A DNA stretch of 63,929 bases, counting the filler, from Vezdaea acicularis (taxonomy: Eukaryota), in NCBI GenBank assembly GCA_026025075.1. It is 3 parts of 3 records of this genome, joined end to end, with 100 filler letters (N's around TTAATTAATTAA, not from the genome) between each part and the next. Parts side by side here need not be neighbours in the genome. Positions count along the whole stretch, not along the records: positions 1 to 28,223 come from JAPEUI010000172.1; positions 28,324 to 56,187 come from JAPEUI010000173.1; 1 more part is not named here. The stretch is one strand, 5' to 3'. Under the pieces are notes generated by a model. It saw only the letters and a program-made list of their open reading frames with translations, ran no database searches and was not told the DNA's origin. A program made the position numbers and the translations under genes. Shown here in pieces: positions 20,859 to 33,200 of the stretch (position 1 is the stretch's first letter; every line of letters starts with the position of its first letter).

Positions 20859-21635
20859 GATGAAGGCCCACTGGAATGTATTAGAATCGTGGTACAAGAG
20901 AACATGATATTGCCAGCCCGTAATGAATTGCGTTCCAAAGGCTCACCAAAACCTTTGATATAATAGAAGCTGCTGGGGTCAATGCAGCAGCGGCTCACAA
21001 GCCTCTTACTCTAGGTATAGAGATCTTGCATGATAGAGGGACGCTGAGCAATCCATGCCATACAGAACCTTGGTGTGCATGATAGCTCGAGTCAACCGTA
21101 CAGAGATTTGCCGGATCTTTCAGCCACCAGGCTCTATCTTCAGCCTCCTACAAGTACGATAGCTGATGTTTGAAGACATGAAGGCTGCAACCTATGGCTG
21201 TGGCGTTAGGTTCATGCGACTGAGCCTGTCATTGGGGGCCGAAGTGCATCAGTTTAGGCTCGGTTACAGTGCTTGTAATGTAGCTAACTAAAGCCACCTC
21301 TACAGCCCCTGCAATTCTAAGTAGAGATGCGTAAAACACCATATGTTGTATTCCATTAGAGTGTCCACACAAGAGGTGATTCAGGCCATTTCAGAGATGG
21401 CTAAAACCCAAGCTTTGACCAAGTAATAGTTCTCTATCCTATCCACCTCGATCGAGTGTAAGCTTCTCGCTTGCCACGCCTCCGCGCTGCAAGCACCACA
21501 AACGCGCCTGCTCGTAGCGCAACGAAAAGCCAAAAGTGGCACATAAAGCCGAGAAAATATTTCAAATAGGCACGCACGCCGCTATCCTAGATTTACATAC
21601 AAGGACCTTTTCTCTCTCTTTGGGGTGAGTCAGTA

Positions 21636-23495
21636 CTACCGCCCAGCAAAGCCCCACTCGTCACCTCTCGCGTTTCCCTCAAAGTCCGCGTACCCCGCGT
21701 CACCACCCCATTCTCCCCTGCTAAGCACGACCTCCTCTCTCGACAAGACGTTCACGCACGCTGGCATGCTCGACGTGATGGCGCCTATCAGATCCTGAGT
21801 TATAGCTGTCTGTGGTGGGGTTCCTGGCGGGTTGACGGTCAAAGGCATGCCAGGTGCGCCGCTGGAGAGTGGGTGGGAAAGAGTAGGGGTGAAGAAGCTC
21901 TTGGAGGTTACTAGGTCGTCGACGAGGAGGGAGGCGCAGCCTAACGTGTAGGCATGTTCGTGCCTCAGAGAATGGGCAGGTACTTCGGAGTCCTCAGAAA
22001 GGGCACAAGAGGAGACGGTCGAGGCGATGGTGAGGCCGCTATAGCGGCGGATTGAAGCAGCGTTGGAAGGTGGGGGGTTGGGGTCCGTGGGGGCAGAGAT
22101 CGCTGGTTTTAGAGGTTTTGCGCATCTTCTAGAATAATGCCGAGGTTGTGTATGCTTTGATAAGACTGTGTCTCGGGATGGATAGGCGAGGTGACTTGGT
22201 AACACTTCGTCCACGTCGTTGATCTCGAATGTTTCTTCATCATCCATGGAGCTTGTGTCGTCAAATTCATCCTCAGAAGACGACAGGGAGAGTACGCTTT
22301 CTTGAAGTAAGTTCGCTGCCTCGATAGTTCTGAATCCTCGTCCTTTGGAAGATGCCGTCTGAGACCTGCTTTGACCTTTTGGTGACGCATGCCTTGCCTT
22401 TTTCTCTAACTTTTGTGTCGTTTGAGATGCGCCAGGAGCCGATGTTGGTCGCGTCATTGTCTCCAGGCGGGCTCCGCCATCTTTGTGCGACTTGCTTCTC
22501 ATGGCACCTTGAATGATGGGGAACCTCTTCGACATGATATGGATGTTTTCGTCCCCTGACTCGTCGAACCCATCAAACCATTCCTTAGTTCTTGCTGCTT
22601 TGCAGCGGTCAAGAAACTGGTATTCAGAGATGGCGTCCTTTGGCTCAGAGGGATCCTCGGTCCTCAAGCTACGAGAAATTGATCGGTGTGATCGTTGTAA
22701 TCGGTTGGGCGATAGCAGATCTCTTAGACGCATCATCTTCCGGCTTTCCTCCCTTACGTGATCCTTTGTGTCGGTCTGAGTGGATACTAACGAGAGCCTA
22801 GAAGGTGAGGCACATATGTATTCTGGTGAGAGTAGTTGCGAAGGCGGATTATGGACTTGTACTGCAGGCCTGGGGACCGCTAAGCTGGCCCGAAATCTCT
22901 TCTCTTCGGATTGCACCGATTCTTCCTCTGACTCTGCCGCGATAGGAGTGACTATTGAGTGTCGTGCAGGGTTAAAATCAGGCCTAGCCACCAATGGAAG
23001 TCCCTTTCTCAAAGCCATGTCCCGGCTTGACGAGGCGGAAGTCTGTTGAGATATTGATAATGGATACGACTTCGGATCGTAGAAGGATCGCAAGGACATT
23101 GAGGACGTTGTACCACGAAGCCGGCCGCTGATAGCGCTCTCCTCATCGCTTGTCTCATCCCCTGCTGTCCATGCTGAAGCACATTCTCGAGGCTTTCGAG
23201 ACATGGCACGACGCTTGACTGGTCTGGAAGTGGCATCACTCCACCATTCGGTGCTCTCATCTTTGACGGAGATGGTCATAAAGCTCAACTTCGACTTCGG
23301 TCTGCAAGGCGGGGGAAGATATTCGGAAGTATCAAGTCCAGCTGACTCGGCAAGCCTCTGGGCACCGAGCGTGATAACGCCATCCTCTTGAGACTGTCTT
23401 ATATGCAGGACAGGATCGATCTGTTGAGATGGCTTCAGTGATTCGGACGTGCGCCGCCCAGGCAATGGGAATGAAAACTTTGAGATGCGCCCCAT
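21636..23495 (-). CDS. Hypothetical Ser-rich, probably disordered fungal protein
   Basis: Long ORF, ATG at 23495 (MGRISKFSFPLPGRR). Contains islands such as SLRSFYDPKSYPLSISQQTSASSSRDMALRKG and LLQESVLSLSSSEDE. No function recognised. Confidence 0.75.
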   Translation of the reverse strand: MGRISKFSFPLPGRRTSESLKPSQQIDPVLHIRQSQEDGVITLGAQRLAESAGLDTSEYLPPPCRPKSKLSFMTISVKDESTEWWSDATSRPVKRRAMSRKPRECASAWTAGDETSDEESAISGRLRGTTSSMSLRSFYDPKSYPLSISQQTSASSSRDMALRKGLPLVARPDFNPARHSIVTPIAAESEEESVQSEEKRFRASLAVPRPAVQVHNPPSQLLSPEYICASPSRLSLVSTQTDTKDHVREESRKMMRLRDLLSPNRLQRSHRSISRSLRTEDPSEPKDAISEYQFLDRCKAARTKEWFDGFDESGDENIHIMSKRFPIIQGAMRSKSHKDGGARLETMTRPTSAPGASQTTQKLEKKARHASPKGQSRSQTASSKGRGFRTIEAANLLQESVLSLSSSEDEFDDTSSMDDEETFEINDVDEVLPSHLAYPSRDTVLSKHTQPRHYSRRCAKPLKPAISAPTDPNPPPSNAASIRRYSGLTIASTVSSCALSEDSEVPAHSLRHEHAYTLGCASLLVDDLVTSKSFFTPTLSHPLSSGAPGMPLTVNPPGTPPQTAITQDLIGAITSSMPACVNVLSREEVVLSRGEWGGDAGYADFEGNARGDEWGFAGR

Positions 23496-26269
23496 GTCGT
23501 CCGCCAGCGACCGACTGCAGCTTGCCGCAATATATATGTGTGTTTCCGAATCAAGTGTATCGTCGGTTGTGGAGACCAATATCGCAAAGTATAATTATCC
23601 TGGCGGTCGCTAATGTATTGCGCACGGTTCCTGCGTCCTGCATGTATTGACTTGTAACCCATAAGGCTCAGGTAGAGCCGAAAGGGGGATGTAAGAAGTG
23701 TCGGCAGATTGTGCCCTCAGTTGGCAGGGTACACGAGTCGTGAAGTCAAACTATTGGATTCCAACATATGTACAGGAAACTGCCTGTAGATCGGAAGATT
23801 TACGGTGAATTTGTAGAGCATGGGTCAGCGGTGCATTGCAATGCAGTAATAGTGTTAGGGTCGACGAGTGGGGGGAGTCCGAGGAGAATGAAGGGAATCA
23901 AGTATACTCGGGGAGAGGGTTGTCCGGCTTCGCTGGCGGTACACCATCGTCGACTTAGCAAACATCGTAGTGTCCTGCTGAGTCTTTCGCTGCGCTGGCG
24001 GTCGTCGGCCAGTCCTATGAGATCGAGCGGGCGTTGCTGGCATGGCGGCTGAGGAGAAGATGGAGAAGCTAACAGTCGCAAGCGAGACTAGGGCAATTCT
24101 AACCCCCGTAGACGCGAATCAGGGCGGCAGATTAACGCAGGGGCAGAAAGCAAGACCGGTTGTCCCTCGGTCTCGGCGCTGCCCGTATTTGGCGGGCTGG
24201 TGGCTTTATTCCACTCCTATCGATCACTCGGGAGGATCACTGATACGTCGTGCTTGACGAATTCCGAAGCCTCTTCACTCTATCTAGGCGCGTCTCTGCC
24301 GCTCCTGCACAGACTGAAATCTGCTCCGGAACTCCGCTCGATCCTCCCGTCAGGATCCATTCAAACTGAGCCGTTGTCAACCACGTTGCTGTCTGCTCCA
24401 ATTGACTCAGTTGAGGGTGGGATACGAGTTCTTCAGGATCAATGAAGAAGAGTTGCTGACAGTAATCAGACCATCCTGAAATTTAGCAGCAGCAGCAGCA
24501 GGTACAGATGGCCGAAGCCAATTGCCAGTCATGGGGTGCTTCTCCATGTCCGGCTCGTACCAAGGGTATTTGCCGATTATCGAATCAGAGGTCTTTATTG
24601 AGAGCGGTCCCTGAATTCGACCGAAAGCACCATCGCGCGACTGAATGCCGAGGCTTTCATCTTTAGTGGCCAATTAGAGTTCATGGCCAACTCTGCTCAC
24701 CTCCTCTTATCATAATCACCCTGCTCACCGACTTGAGGGGAACGCGCGGGATCACCAAGGTCGCGGTGTCGTATAGGACGATGGAGTTTTCTTCAAGCCT
24801 CGTGCTAGCGCAGCCGTGTCGACTGCTCCATCTTGTTTCCGTGATCCGGACTCCTGCGCATAAGGGCCTTGCACGAACCCGTGCTCGAGCGGGTGATGAT
24901 CGCGGCTGTCTGCAGAACCGCTAAGTCAGGGTGATTTAGCCCCGCGCCCACCATCGAGATAGTCGCCGATCCACCCCTATTGGAATTCGGGAATTGAAGC
25001 GCTTATCTCTCAGGCTGACTAGACATTGGGCTTCAGATCATGATTCATGATCGTGATGTCGTGCTTTGTAACCAGACGAATTAGCCCTGAAGATTGTTTG
25101 CTTCCTACCCAATAAGATTACACAAGATAGCTGCCAAGCTTTTGGCGGTCTTGGAGAAAGAGATGTGGAGCGAAGGCGCCTTTTGCGTAACCTGAGCTCA
25201 GGAACCACTCTTCCTATCAATTGGGGCACAGCAAATTGTTCTAGATTGGACGGAAGAATCGAGGCCTTTGCTCCAGAGTTTGTCTGATGGTGGGCGGCGA
25301 GTCCACACGTCCCGTGGTATCGTTCGGAGGGCTTGGCGATTGGCGTTGTCCCCGGCCTTTCCCCCATCGTTCTACCACTACACGTCACCGAAAAGAGCTG
25401 GTAAATGTTCTCGGAGAAGTCGACTAGGAGAATCCTTCAAGCATTTGGGCCGCTGCTGAGATGTTTGTTCTGCGTAGCATTGAAAAGGCAATGGTTGAGA
25501 AAACTTCCGGCCATTGGCGCGAGAGTTGTAATGAGCTGGCGAGCAACACCTTGCGTAACTTAACGCACAAGTTGTCATTCTCTATGAATTGAACTCGGTA
25601 ATTCAAAAAAAGATCAAGCTGTCGTGAGGCATTATAGCTGTGTACGCATTGCCTTGTGATGAGGCCTTCCCAGCCAGATCAACGTGGTGGCCACCGCGAG
25701 TCTGTGAATGTGAATTGAGCCCATCTTGAGCCCCTCGAATGGTAGTGAGGTCAGCAACTTCTCTGGATCTCATTCCTGTGTAGACTCCTGTTCTTCTCAT
25801 CGTGCGCAATCATGAGGCTCACGATGCATTTTTGACATTCGGCTAATTCCGACGTCGAAAGCTTCTAGAGCTTTCCAATGTGGGCTGGGCCGACGACAAC
25901 ATACAACTAGACCTCACAAAACTACTCCCTTTGCCAGCTCCCAGTATTATCCAATATAGATTATCTCGCCCACCATTAGCTCTCCCGAGCCTTCCTAGAG
26001 TGTAAGTGCTCTCTTTACATCTTGCGCAAAGGCCAAATTGCACAGATAGCGTGTTATTTAAATGATGAGATTCATAGCTGGCACCAGTCTGAGAATGATT
26101 TGTACTCATTTCATTGCTGAATAGCTTTTCCGGAGCTTAGACTCTCCAAACCTCTGATTTGGAACCCTTTATTTTGACTAGACATTTCCGCCTAGTTATA
26201 TCGTATCTCACTAACTCAGCCAAAGCATTTTAGCACTTTCCGAGTCTCGCGACCTTCGTAGCTTCCACC

Positions 26270-27916
26270 ATGGTTCTCCACAACCCAAACAACTGGCATT
26301 GGGTGAACAAGGATGCATCGGGCTGGACGAAGGAATGGCTCGAAGAGAACCTAGTCGGCATCTCTAGTGAGGAGGGAGGCGTGACGGCGAAGCTAGACAA
26401 AGTAGTGAGCATGGACGGAGATGTCGATGTCAATCAACGGAAGGGCAAGGTCATCACGCTGTTCGACGTGAAAGTGGATCTCGAATACTCTGGTGAGGAT
26501 TGAAGGCTGCCGCATAGCTATTCAGGGATATAGCTAAACTAGGGATGTGGGTTATAGGAAAGACAAAAGATGGTGAAGACGTAAGCGGCACAATCAAGAT
26601 ACCAGAGGTAGCTCACGACACGGAGGAAGATGAGTATGTTGTACGTTCCCTTTCCAGCCCTTTCCTCAGCAGTTTCGACTTACAATCTCGGATAGTTCGA
26701 CATCGACATTTTCGCCGATGCTAGCAACAAACAGCCGGTGAAGGACCTCGTGCGCTCGAAGATAACGCCGCAACTGCGCAGTCGTCTTATCAAACTAGGC
26801 CCAGCGCTGATTGCAGAGCATGGAAAAGACATTCAGCACGCTCCCGGATCAGGGCCATCCAGCGGCGTGTCTACCCCTACGGTCAGGCCTCCACCTGTAG
26901 CTGCTTCGCACGGAACCACAAAATCCAGCGCTACAACAACAACGACAACGACCACGACCACCTCATCCGGGAAAGGCCCGTCCATCAACACGGTGACCCT
27001 GCACGAGACGACTGAATTCCAGACAACAGCCGCAGAGCTCTATCAAACTTTCACCGACCCCTCCCGCCTTGCCGCCTTCACGCGTGCTCCTCCAAAGGTG
27101 TTCGAAGGGGCCAAGGCCGGCGGAAAGTTCGAGCTATTTGGTGGGAACGTCTCAGGCGAATACGTGGAGCTCAAAGAGCCGACCAAGATCGTGCAGTCAT
27201 GGAGACTGAGCCAGTGGCCGCAGGGTCACTACAGCAAGCTGAGTATCGGGTTTGATCAGAACGATGTAGACGCGGTTACGGTGATGAGGGTCAGTTGGGA
27301 GGGAGTTCCTGTGGGACAGGAGGAGGTCACTAGGAGGAATTGGGGGGAGTACTATGTGGTACGTATTGTGGTCTACTGGATCCGGATATATGCGTCTTTT
27401 GAGGAGCTCTGCTAACGTAAACTCTACAGCGGAGCATCAAGACCACGTTTGGGTAAGTCCGATATACTTCACTTTTCTATCGTCCAGTCGCTTCGCGAAC
27501 CCAAAAGCCGGCTTCTCTTCTGTCATTACAAATTTCCTGGTCTACCATCCTATCCCACCAGCATCTGGCCCGAAAACCGACCTCGGTTTTCCCACCGCCG
27601 GACTTCTTCATTCTCCTCTCCCTACCGCATTCACCTCCTATCACCCTCCCTCATCACCTGCCCCACTTTCCCCCCTCTACCTTGCCCCTCCCTTTCGTCA
27701 TCACCCCCACCATACCTCCTCGACGCTGTCATCATCGCCTACTATCGCCCCAGCGCCTACTGATACCTCCATCCTCCAAACCATCAGCCGCATCACCTGT
27801 CTAGACCCTACGCCGTTTCATCAGCATCCTGCAGCCTGCACTAAAGCACACCCCAGGACCTCAGAGCCTCTCGGAGAATACAGCTGACGTGGGACAGTTT
27901 CGGCGCCGTGCTCTAG
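26270..27916 (+). CDS. AHA1: Activator of Hsp90 ATPase Aha1, 5 exons
   Basis: MVLHNPNNWHWVNKD N-terminus, VNQRKGKVITLFD and a C-terminal AHSA1/START-like domain. Last exons 27430-27452 and 27898-27916 give ...YYVRSIKTTFGFGAVL*. Confidence 0.93.
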
Positions 27917-28223
27917 CATCGCCCAGCATATCATGTGCATGTCGTGGTGATGTTGGTGGTGGTGGTGGTGGTAGTGCGGCGTGGCATCTTCCTACGCGCG
28001 GTGGGCGCTTAGCACGGGCGCGTTGGGGAGCTTGCAGTAGGCGGTTGCGTAGGGCTGGCTGGCTGGCTAGGGCCCTCCGGTGCGGTCGGCGCTTAGGGAG
28101 ATGTTCGGACGGTGCATTTTATTTTGCTCAAACGAAATTTGACGAAAAATGAAAGCATGTAGATAGATCGCCTGAGATGTTTCGATGCATTGTCCTAGAT
28201 TTAGAAACACGGGAAAGCACGAG

Positions 28224-28323
28224 NNNNNNNNNNNNNNNNNNNNNNNNNNNNNNNNNNNNNNNNNNNNTTAATTAATTAANNNNNNNNNNNNNNNNNNNNN
28301 NNNNNNNNNNNNNNNNNNNNNNN
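28224..28323. other. Assembly gap/contig linker (N44-TTAATTAATTAA-N44)
   Basis: N run with a central 12-mer carrying stop codons in all six frames; artificial. Confidence 0.97.
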
Positions 28324-29690
28324 ATTAAGGCTGTCTCGCTCCCATTGGATCTCACGGATGCGATCATGACGGTTACGACGAATATCTTCTGAAAGCTCCA
28401 CCAATCGGAGCACATCCTCCTAGACTTATGTTAGCAACTGAGGAGAGGAACAGTGATTGCGCCGCGGAGACTTACATAGCGTAAATACTCAATAATATAG
28501 AAAAAGTACTCCGTCTCGTCGAACTCATAGCCCATTTGTTCGATTGCTTCCCGAACCACGAGATCTTTGGTAATCTCGGTCCACTTCTGCTCTATCACGG
28601 GTTCTCGCCGGCTTACGCTGATCTCTCTCCTGGTGCTGCTTCTTTCCTCCAACGGAGGTCCCTCAGGAATAAATCTGCTCCTTCTAACACCATTATACCT
28701 TTGCCAAGTGATCTCTTCGCTTCCACCACCAACCCCCTCCAAAGCAACTCTTTTTGTACCCGGTGGAACATCGACAATGGCCCAGTCTTTCGTCGCACCG
28801 TTGTATGCCTCACCAATATATGCTCGGTCCATTGCACGGCTATTGTAGTAGTCCGCTTCTTCCTGAACCTCAAGGTCATTTGAGGAACGCGAAAAGCCTC
28901 CCTTGGCACCAACAGAGCGACGACGACGGAGGCGTATATTTTCTTCCTTCGCGCGGTTGCCTCGGCGCTCGCGTTCAAAGATGAAATCCTCATCAACGGA
29001 CTCGCGACCACGACCGCCGCGCTCCTTTTCCCCAGAGCTAATTTGTTCATCAATATATGTGTACTATCAGGGGGTTTAAGATAGACTTACCGTATGCGGA
29101 TATCAATCTCTTCGAAATCAGTTCGACTTTTGGGTCGTGGTGGAGGTGGAGGAGGTGGCACGCGTTCCACACCTTAAGGGGTCTTGTTAGACATCATTAC
29201 GACGTGAGAATGTGACGAAATGTGACCTACCATGATCAATTGTTCGGCGATGTGTTATGATCTCTTGATGGATAGGTGGTGCTTGAATGATTTCGGGCTC
29301 TCGTTCGCGCTCGGTCTCCCGGGTCTCCCGAATGCTTATACTTCTTTCACGTATTCTTGGCTCGGGCGTCCTTTCCCTCGGTATGGGTCGGCTCCAATCT
29401 TCTCTTTCTCTTGCCCTCAGAACTAGAGGCCCTGCGTCATTTCTACTGTAATCCTCCCGAATGGAAAAGTCAGTCTCACGACGAACTTCAGGTTCTCGTC
29501 GGTAATCAGGCTCTCGCCGATATTCGGGTTCCCGTCGATATTCTGGTTCGCGTTGTCGGCTTGGACCACGGTATAGGTCGATCTCCAGCTCTCTGTCATC
29601 TCGCTCTTCTTCACGGTCAAGAAAAGCAGGACGGTCACGCTCTCGCTCTCGTTGGCGTTCGTAGTCAACCGCGAACGATCGGCGAGACAT
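28324..29690 (-). CDS. Conserved Arg/Glu-rich fungal protein (DUF8035-like C-terminal domain), 3' end lost in the gap
   Basis: MSRRSFAVDYERQRE start, REPEYR-like repeats, IIQAPPIHQEIITH, and KWTEITKDLVVREAIEQMGYEFDETEYFFYIIEYLRY spliced to EDVLRLVELSEDIRR. The frame runs into the N gap. Confidence 0.75.
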
Positions 29691-30282
29691 GGCTTTTACG
29701 GGTTGAAAAGGTTGGGCCGCAGAAGGATATGTAGAGTGAGAGTTGTTCTAGGGAAAAAGTCGACCGTGAAGAGGGGTTAGCAACACTGCAAATTTGATGT
29801 TCGTATGTCACGCCCTGATGAACTGAATTTAGATGGGTTGTAATCGTCTAATGGTGGGGCTGAAAGTTGGTTGTATCGGAACGCAGCGTCATCCCAACCT
29901 CACGCTCGGTGCCTTATCGATAGCCTGACTTGTGTCAGTGGCTGTGATGGTAGAGCGTGCTTTCCAGTCTTGGAAATTCGTCAATGAGAGCCAAGCTGCT
30001 GACGCAATGTTGCAGCCGAGACGAGATTGGGCGGGCGACGGGGACTGGCCGGGCGCACTAGAAGATATGGAGGGGCATCCACGTGATGGTCACTCGCGAG
30101 AAAAGTTTTACGGGAGCTTGTGGTGTACGTATTATGGATTCCAATAAATTTACATAAACTTACATAGATGAAACTTGAGAAGCATGCGCCATGACAACTG
30201 CCCGCCGGCGGGAACGTCATCTTGAAGGCACGCCTCGCTACCCTAGACACACTCCCCTTTCTGCCGTTGGAATGTACTAGTC

Positions 30283-33200
30283 CTACCCCCACGTTCGGTG
30301 GTCAGCGTTCATAGCACGATTGATATTATACCAGGCCCTGCTAGTCCACGTCAAAGTCCCTTCTCCAGTTTGATTCTGCAGAACCTGTAGCCATATCTGT
30401 GCGTTGCGGTTGGCGTCTCTCCAAAGCCCTCTCTCCACTCTGACCTCTGAATATGTAGAGGCTACAAAGTATATCAGACTGTAGATTAGGAGATGGAATG
30501 CCATTAAAAGGATGGTCGCGCGAACTGGTGCAGGAGCAACCTTTGAATTTCGATGCCGTACTTTGTAAAAAATGCTTGAGGCTTTGGATTGCAAAAGCCC
30601 AAGGCAAAATAACGTAATGGGCAGAATGTCGAAGTATATTTTGCTCCACCATTTAAGTGGATTGTATTCGTAAGCGTATTCTGTTATTGACACGCCATTT
30701 TTGGGGTCGAATACAATTGAACCTTGCTTTACAGCACTTCGCACGTTAGATTTCAGGCCCAGCACTGAGCTCTTAAGATTTCCCGTCTCTCTAGATAGTT
30801 TCTTGTTTGCCTCGGAGGCGGCCTCTCCCAATGCTGATTCAGCCCTTACGGCCACAAGGTGTTTTGAACTATCATACAACCCGGTTTCTCTAGCTTGCTG
30901 TACTTCCCCAGAATTAAGCGTAACGGTATTGTCAGGAGAATCTTCAAGAGGGGAACAGCGGCCATGAGAACTTTCCAGATTTGGGTCAGCATCGGACAGC
31001 TGCTGGTACAGATTGCGCTGTCTAGGTGCTTCTCCACGCGCGTGCGGCTCATCAATTTCGATATTGGAATTTTCAGGAGTCACGAAGGAATTTTCGTAGC
31101 GTTCATATTTATCGATGGTGGCGGTCATCTCAGGGATCAGGTGACGAAGCCGATCAAGCTCCTTCCGTTCTTCAATGGCCTCAGATAACCTCCCTGCTAG
31201 TTGTTGTAGTTCCCGGCTTCGAGCATCTAGTGCGGCCTTTGAATCTCTGGCAAGTTTCTCCGCTGTGGACGTCTTCTTGCGCTGATCCTCAAGGGTCCTC
31301 TCCATCTGCCTCAGCCTGGCCCGCATATCTTCACACTGAGAGGTAGTCATATATTTATTTTTCTCAAGGTCATCTCGCTCTCTGATAGACTTCTCGACCT
31401 GTTCCTTCATACTTTTGGCGTAATTCTTTTGCTGTTCCAAATCGAACCGGAGGGCCTTTACTATGTTTTGATGGTCGGCAACCTGGGTCTTCAGTAGCTC
31501 GATGTCCCCTTCATATGCTTCGATCGTCCCTTGCAAAGACTTGGAATTGGCCATTGCTTGTGAAATATTGTTATTATTCTCTTCCTTGAGCTTTTGATTC
31601 AGTTCTCGAAGCTTCTCTAGATCTCGATAGAAGTTATTTAGATCAGCAGTCTTCTGCTCGATCAACCTGTTTGCCGCATCTAGCTCCGATTCTTTCTCCT
31701 CGCGCTCATCAACGAGCATCTGGAAAGCTTTGTATACTTGGTCGTATTGAGCAGTGAGCTCATCTTTCGATTCCGTTGCCTCTTCTGTTCTCAAAATACT
31801 CTCCGCAAGATCAGCCTCGAGCGTCTGGATTTTCCTTTCATAATCCTCTTTCTCACTAGCGTGAGTCTGGTCGCCTTGCGAGCTCTTGTGCTCCTTCATA
31901 GTCTCTATCGCTGCAATCAAGCTATTTGACCTCTCTCGTTCCTCCTCAAGTCGCAGGACAGTTGTGGACAGTTCCGTACGAACCTTCTCCAGGCTCAGTT
32001 GCAGATTTGCTTTCGATTCCGTCAGCTGGGATCGCAGCCTTCCGACTTCATCGTCATGTTGTTGCCGCTCTTTCTCGAGTCGCGACTCAGCCGCGGAGAG
32101 CTCAAGCTTCAAGCCTTCAATTGAGCGCTTAGAGGATTCCTCTTTTTCCACAGTCTCTTGAAGTTGCCCCTTCGCTTTCTCCAGTTGGCTTCGTAGCTGC
32201 TCAGTTTCCTCGAAATACTGCTTCTGCTCTCCCTCACTTGTATGCTTAACTGACTCTTGCCTTTCTAAAGCTTCATGTAGTTTCTGGTTTGCTTCAATTA
32301 GTTGGTCCCGTAGCTGGTCGCATTCATTGCTCAGCTGCAATCTAGTTGCAGAAAGCTCTTGCTCAGTTGCTTCACTCGAGCGTTTGGAGACCTCCTGATT
32401 TTCCAAAGCTATTTGTAGGTTTCCTCGAGCTTCATTCAGTTGAACCTGTAGCCAGTTGCGCTCACTCTCGCGCTTCTGTTGCTCTTCCTGTAGCTGTGTT
32501 GTAGTTGTAGAAAGTATGGCTTCGAGCTCTCTTGCCAAGCGTTCTGAGGACTCTCGCTGCTCCAAGTTCTCTTGAACTATGCTATTCGCTTCGTTCAATT
32601 GGACCTGCCACCTCTCGCGGTCGTCGCTACGCTGACGTTTTTCTGCGTCAAGCTGTTTTTCAGCCTTAGATGCTCGCTGCTCATAATCGCTCATCAATTC
32701 TTCGAAGGATTCATCATATGTTACGTTCTGTTCTCGAAGTTGATCTACCTGAACCTGCAGCTCGTGGTTCTGGCCAATCAGCCGCTGTCGATCATTTTCC
32801 CAATCCAGTCGCCTAGCCTCGAACGCCGCTTCAGCCTCCGCTCGCATGGACGCTTGCTGTTCCTGCAATGTCCGCTCTGCGATCGAGAGTTGCTCATGCT
32901 GTGCAAAGAACGACTTTTGTTGGTTATCGAAGTTTCGTTGAATGAGTTTGGCACTTTTACGCAAACTCTCAATCTGATCCTGTTGCTGACGACTTTTGAG
33001 CAGAAGAATGTTGTTTTCCTGCCTTTTGACCTCGACTTGCTTCTCGCACTCGGCTATTTCCTTACGGTACTTCTCCTCTTGAGGTTCGAAGGTCGCCTTC
33101 AAGGCGTCAAGCTTCTTGTCATAGAGCTCTGCCCAGAAATGACTGACTTCATTGCGGGTCTTATCATATATCTTTTTTTCGGCTGCTCTCTTGTTATCCT

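Noticed and set aside
24240..24712. Possible small spliced gene on the minus strand around ORF 24407-24673
   Set aside because: Needs very short introns with weak signals and gives no recognisable protein. Cannot be supported without RNA-seq.
28268..28279. TTAATTAATTAA palindrome inside N runs (also 56232-56243)
   Set aside because: Artificial six-frame-stop linker. Gene adjacency across these gaps should not be over-interpreted.
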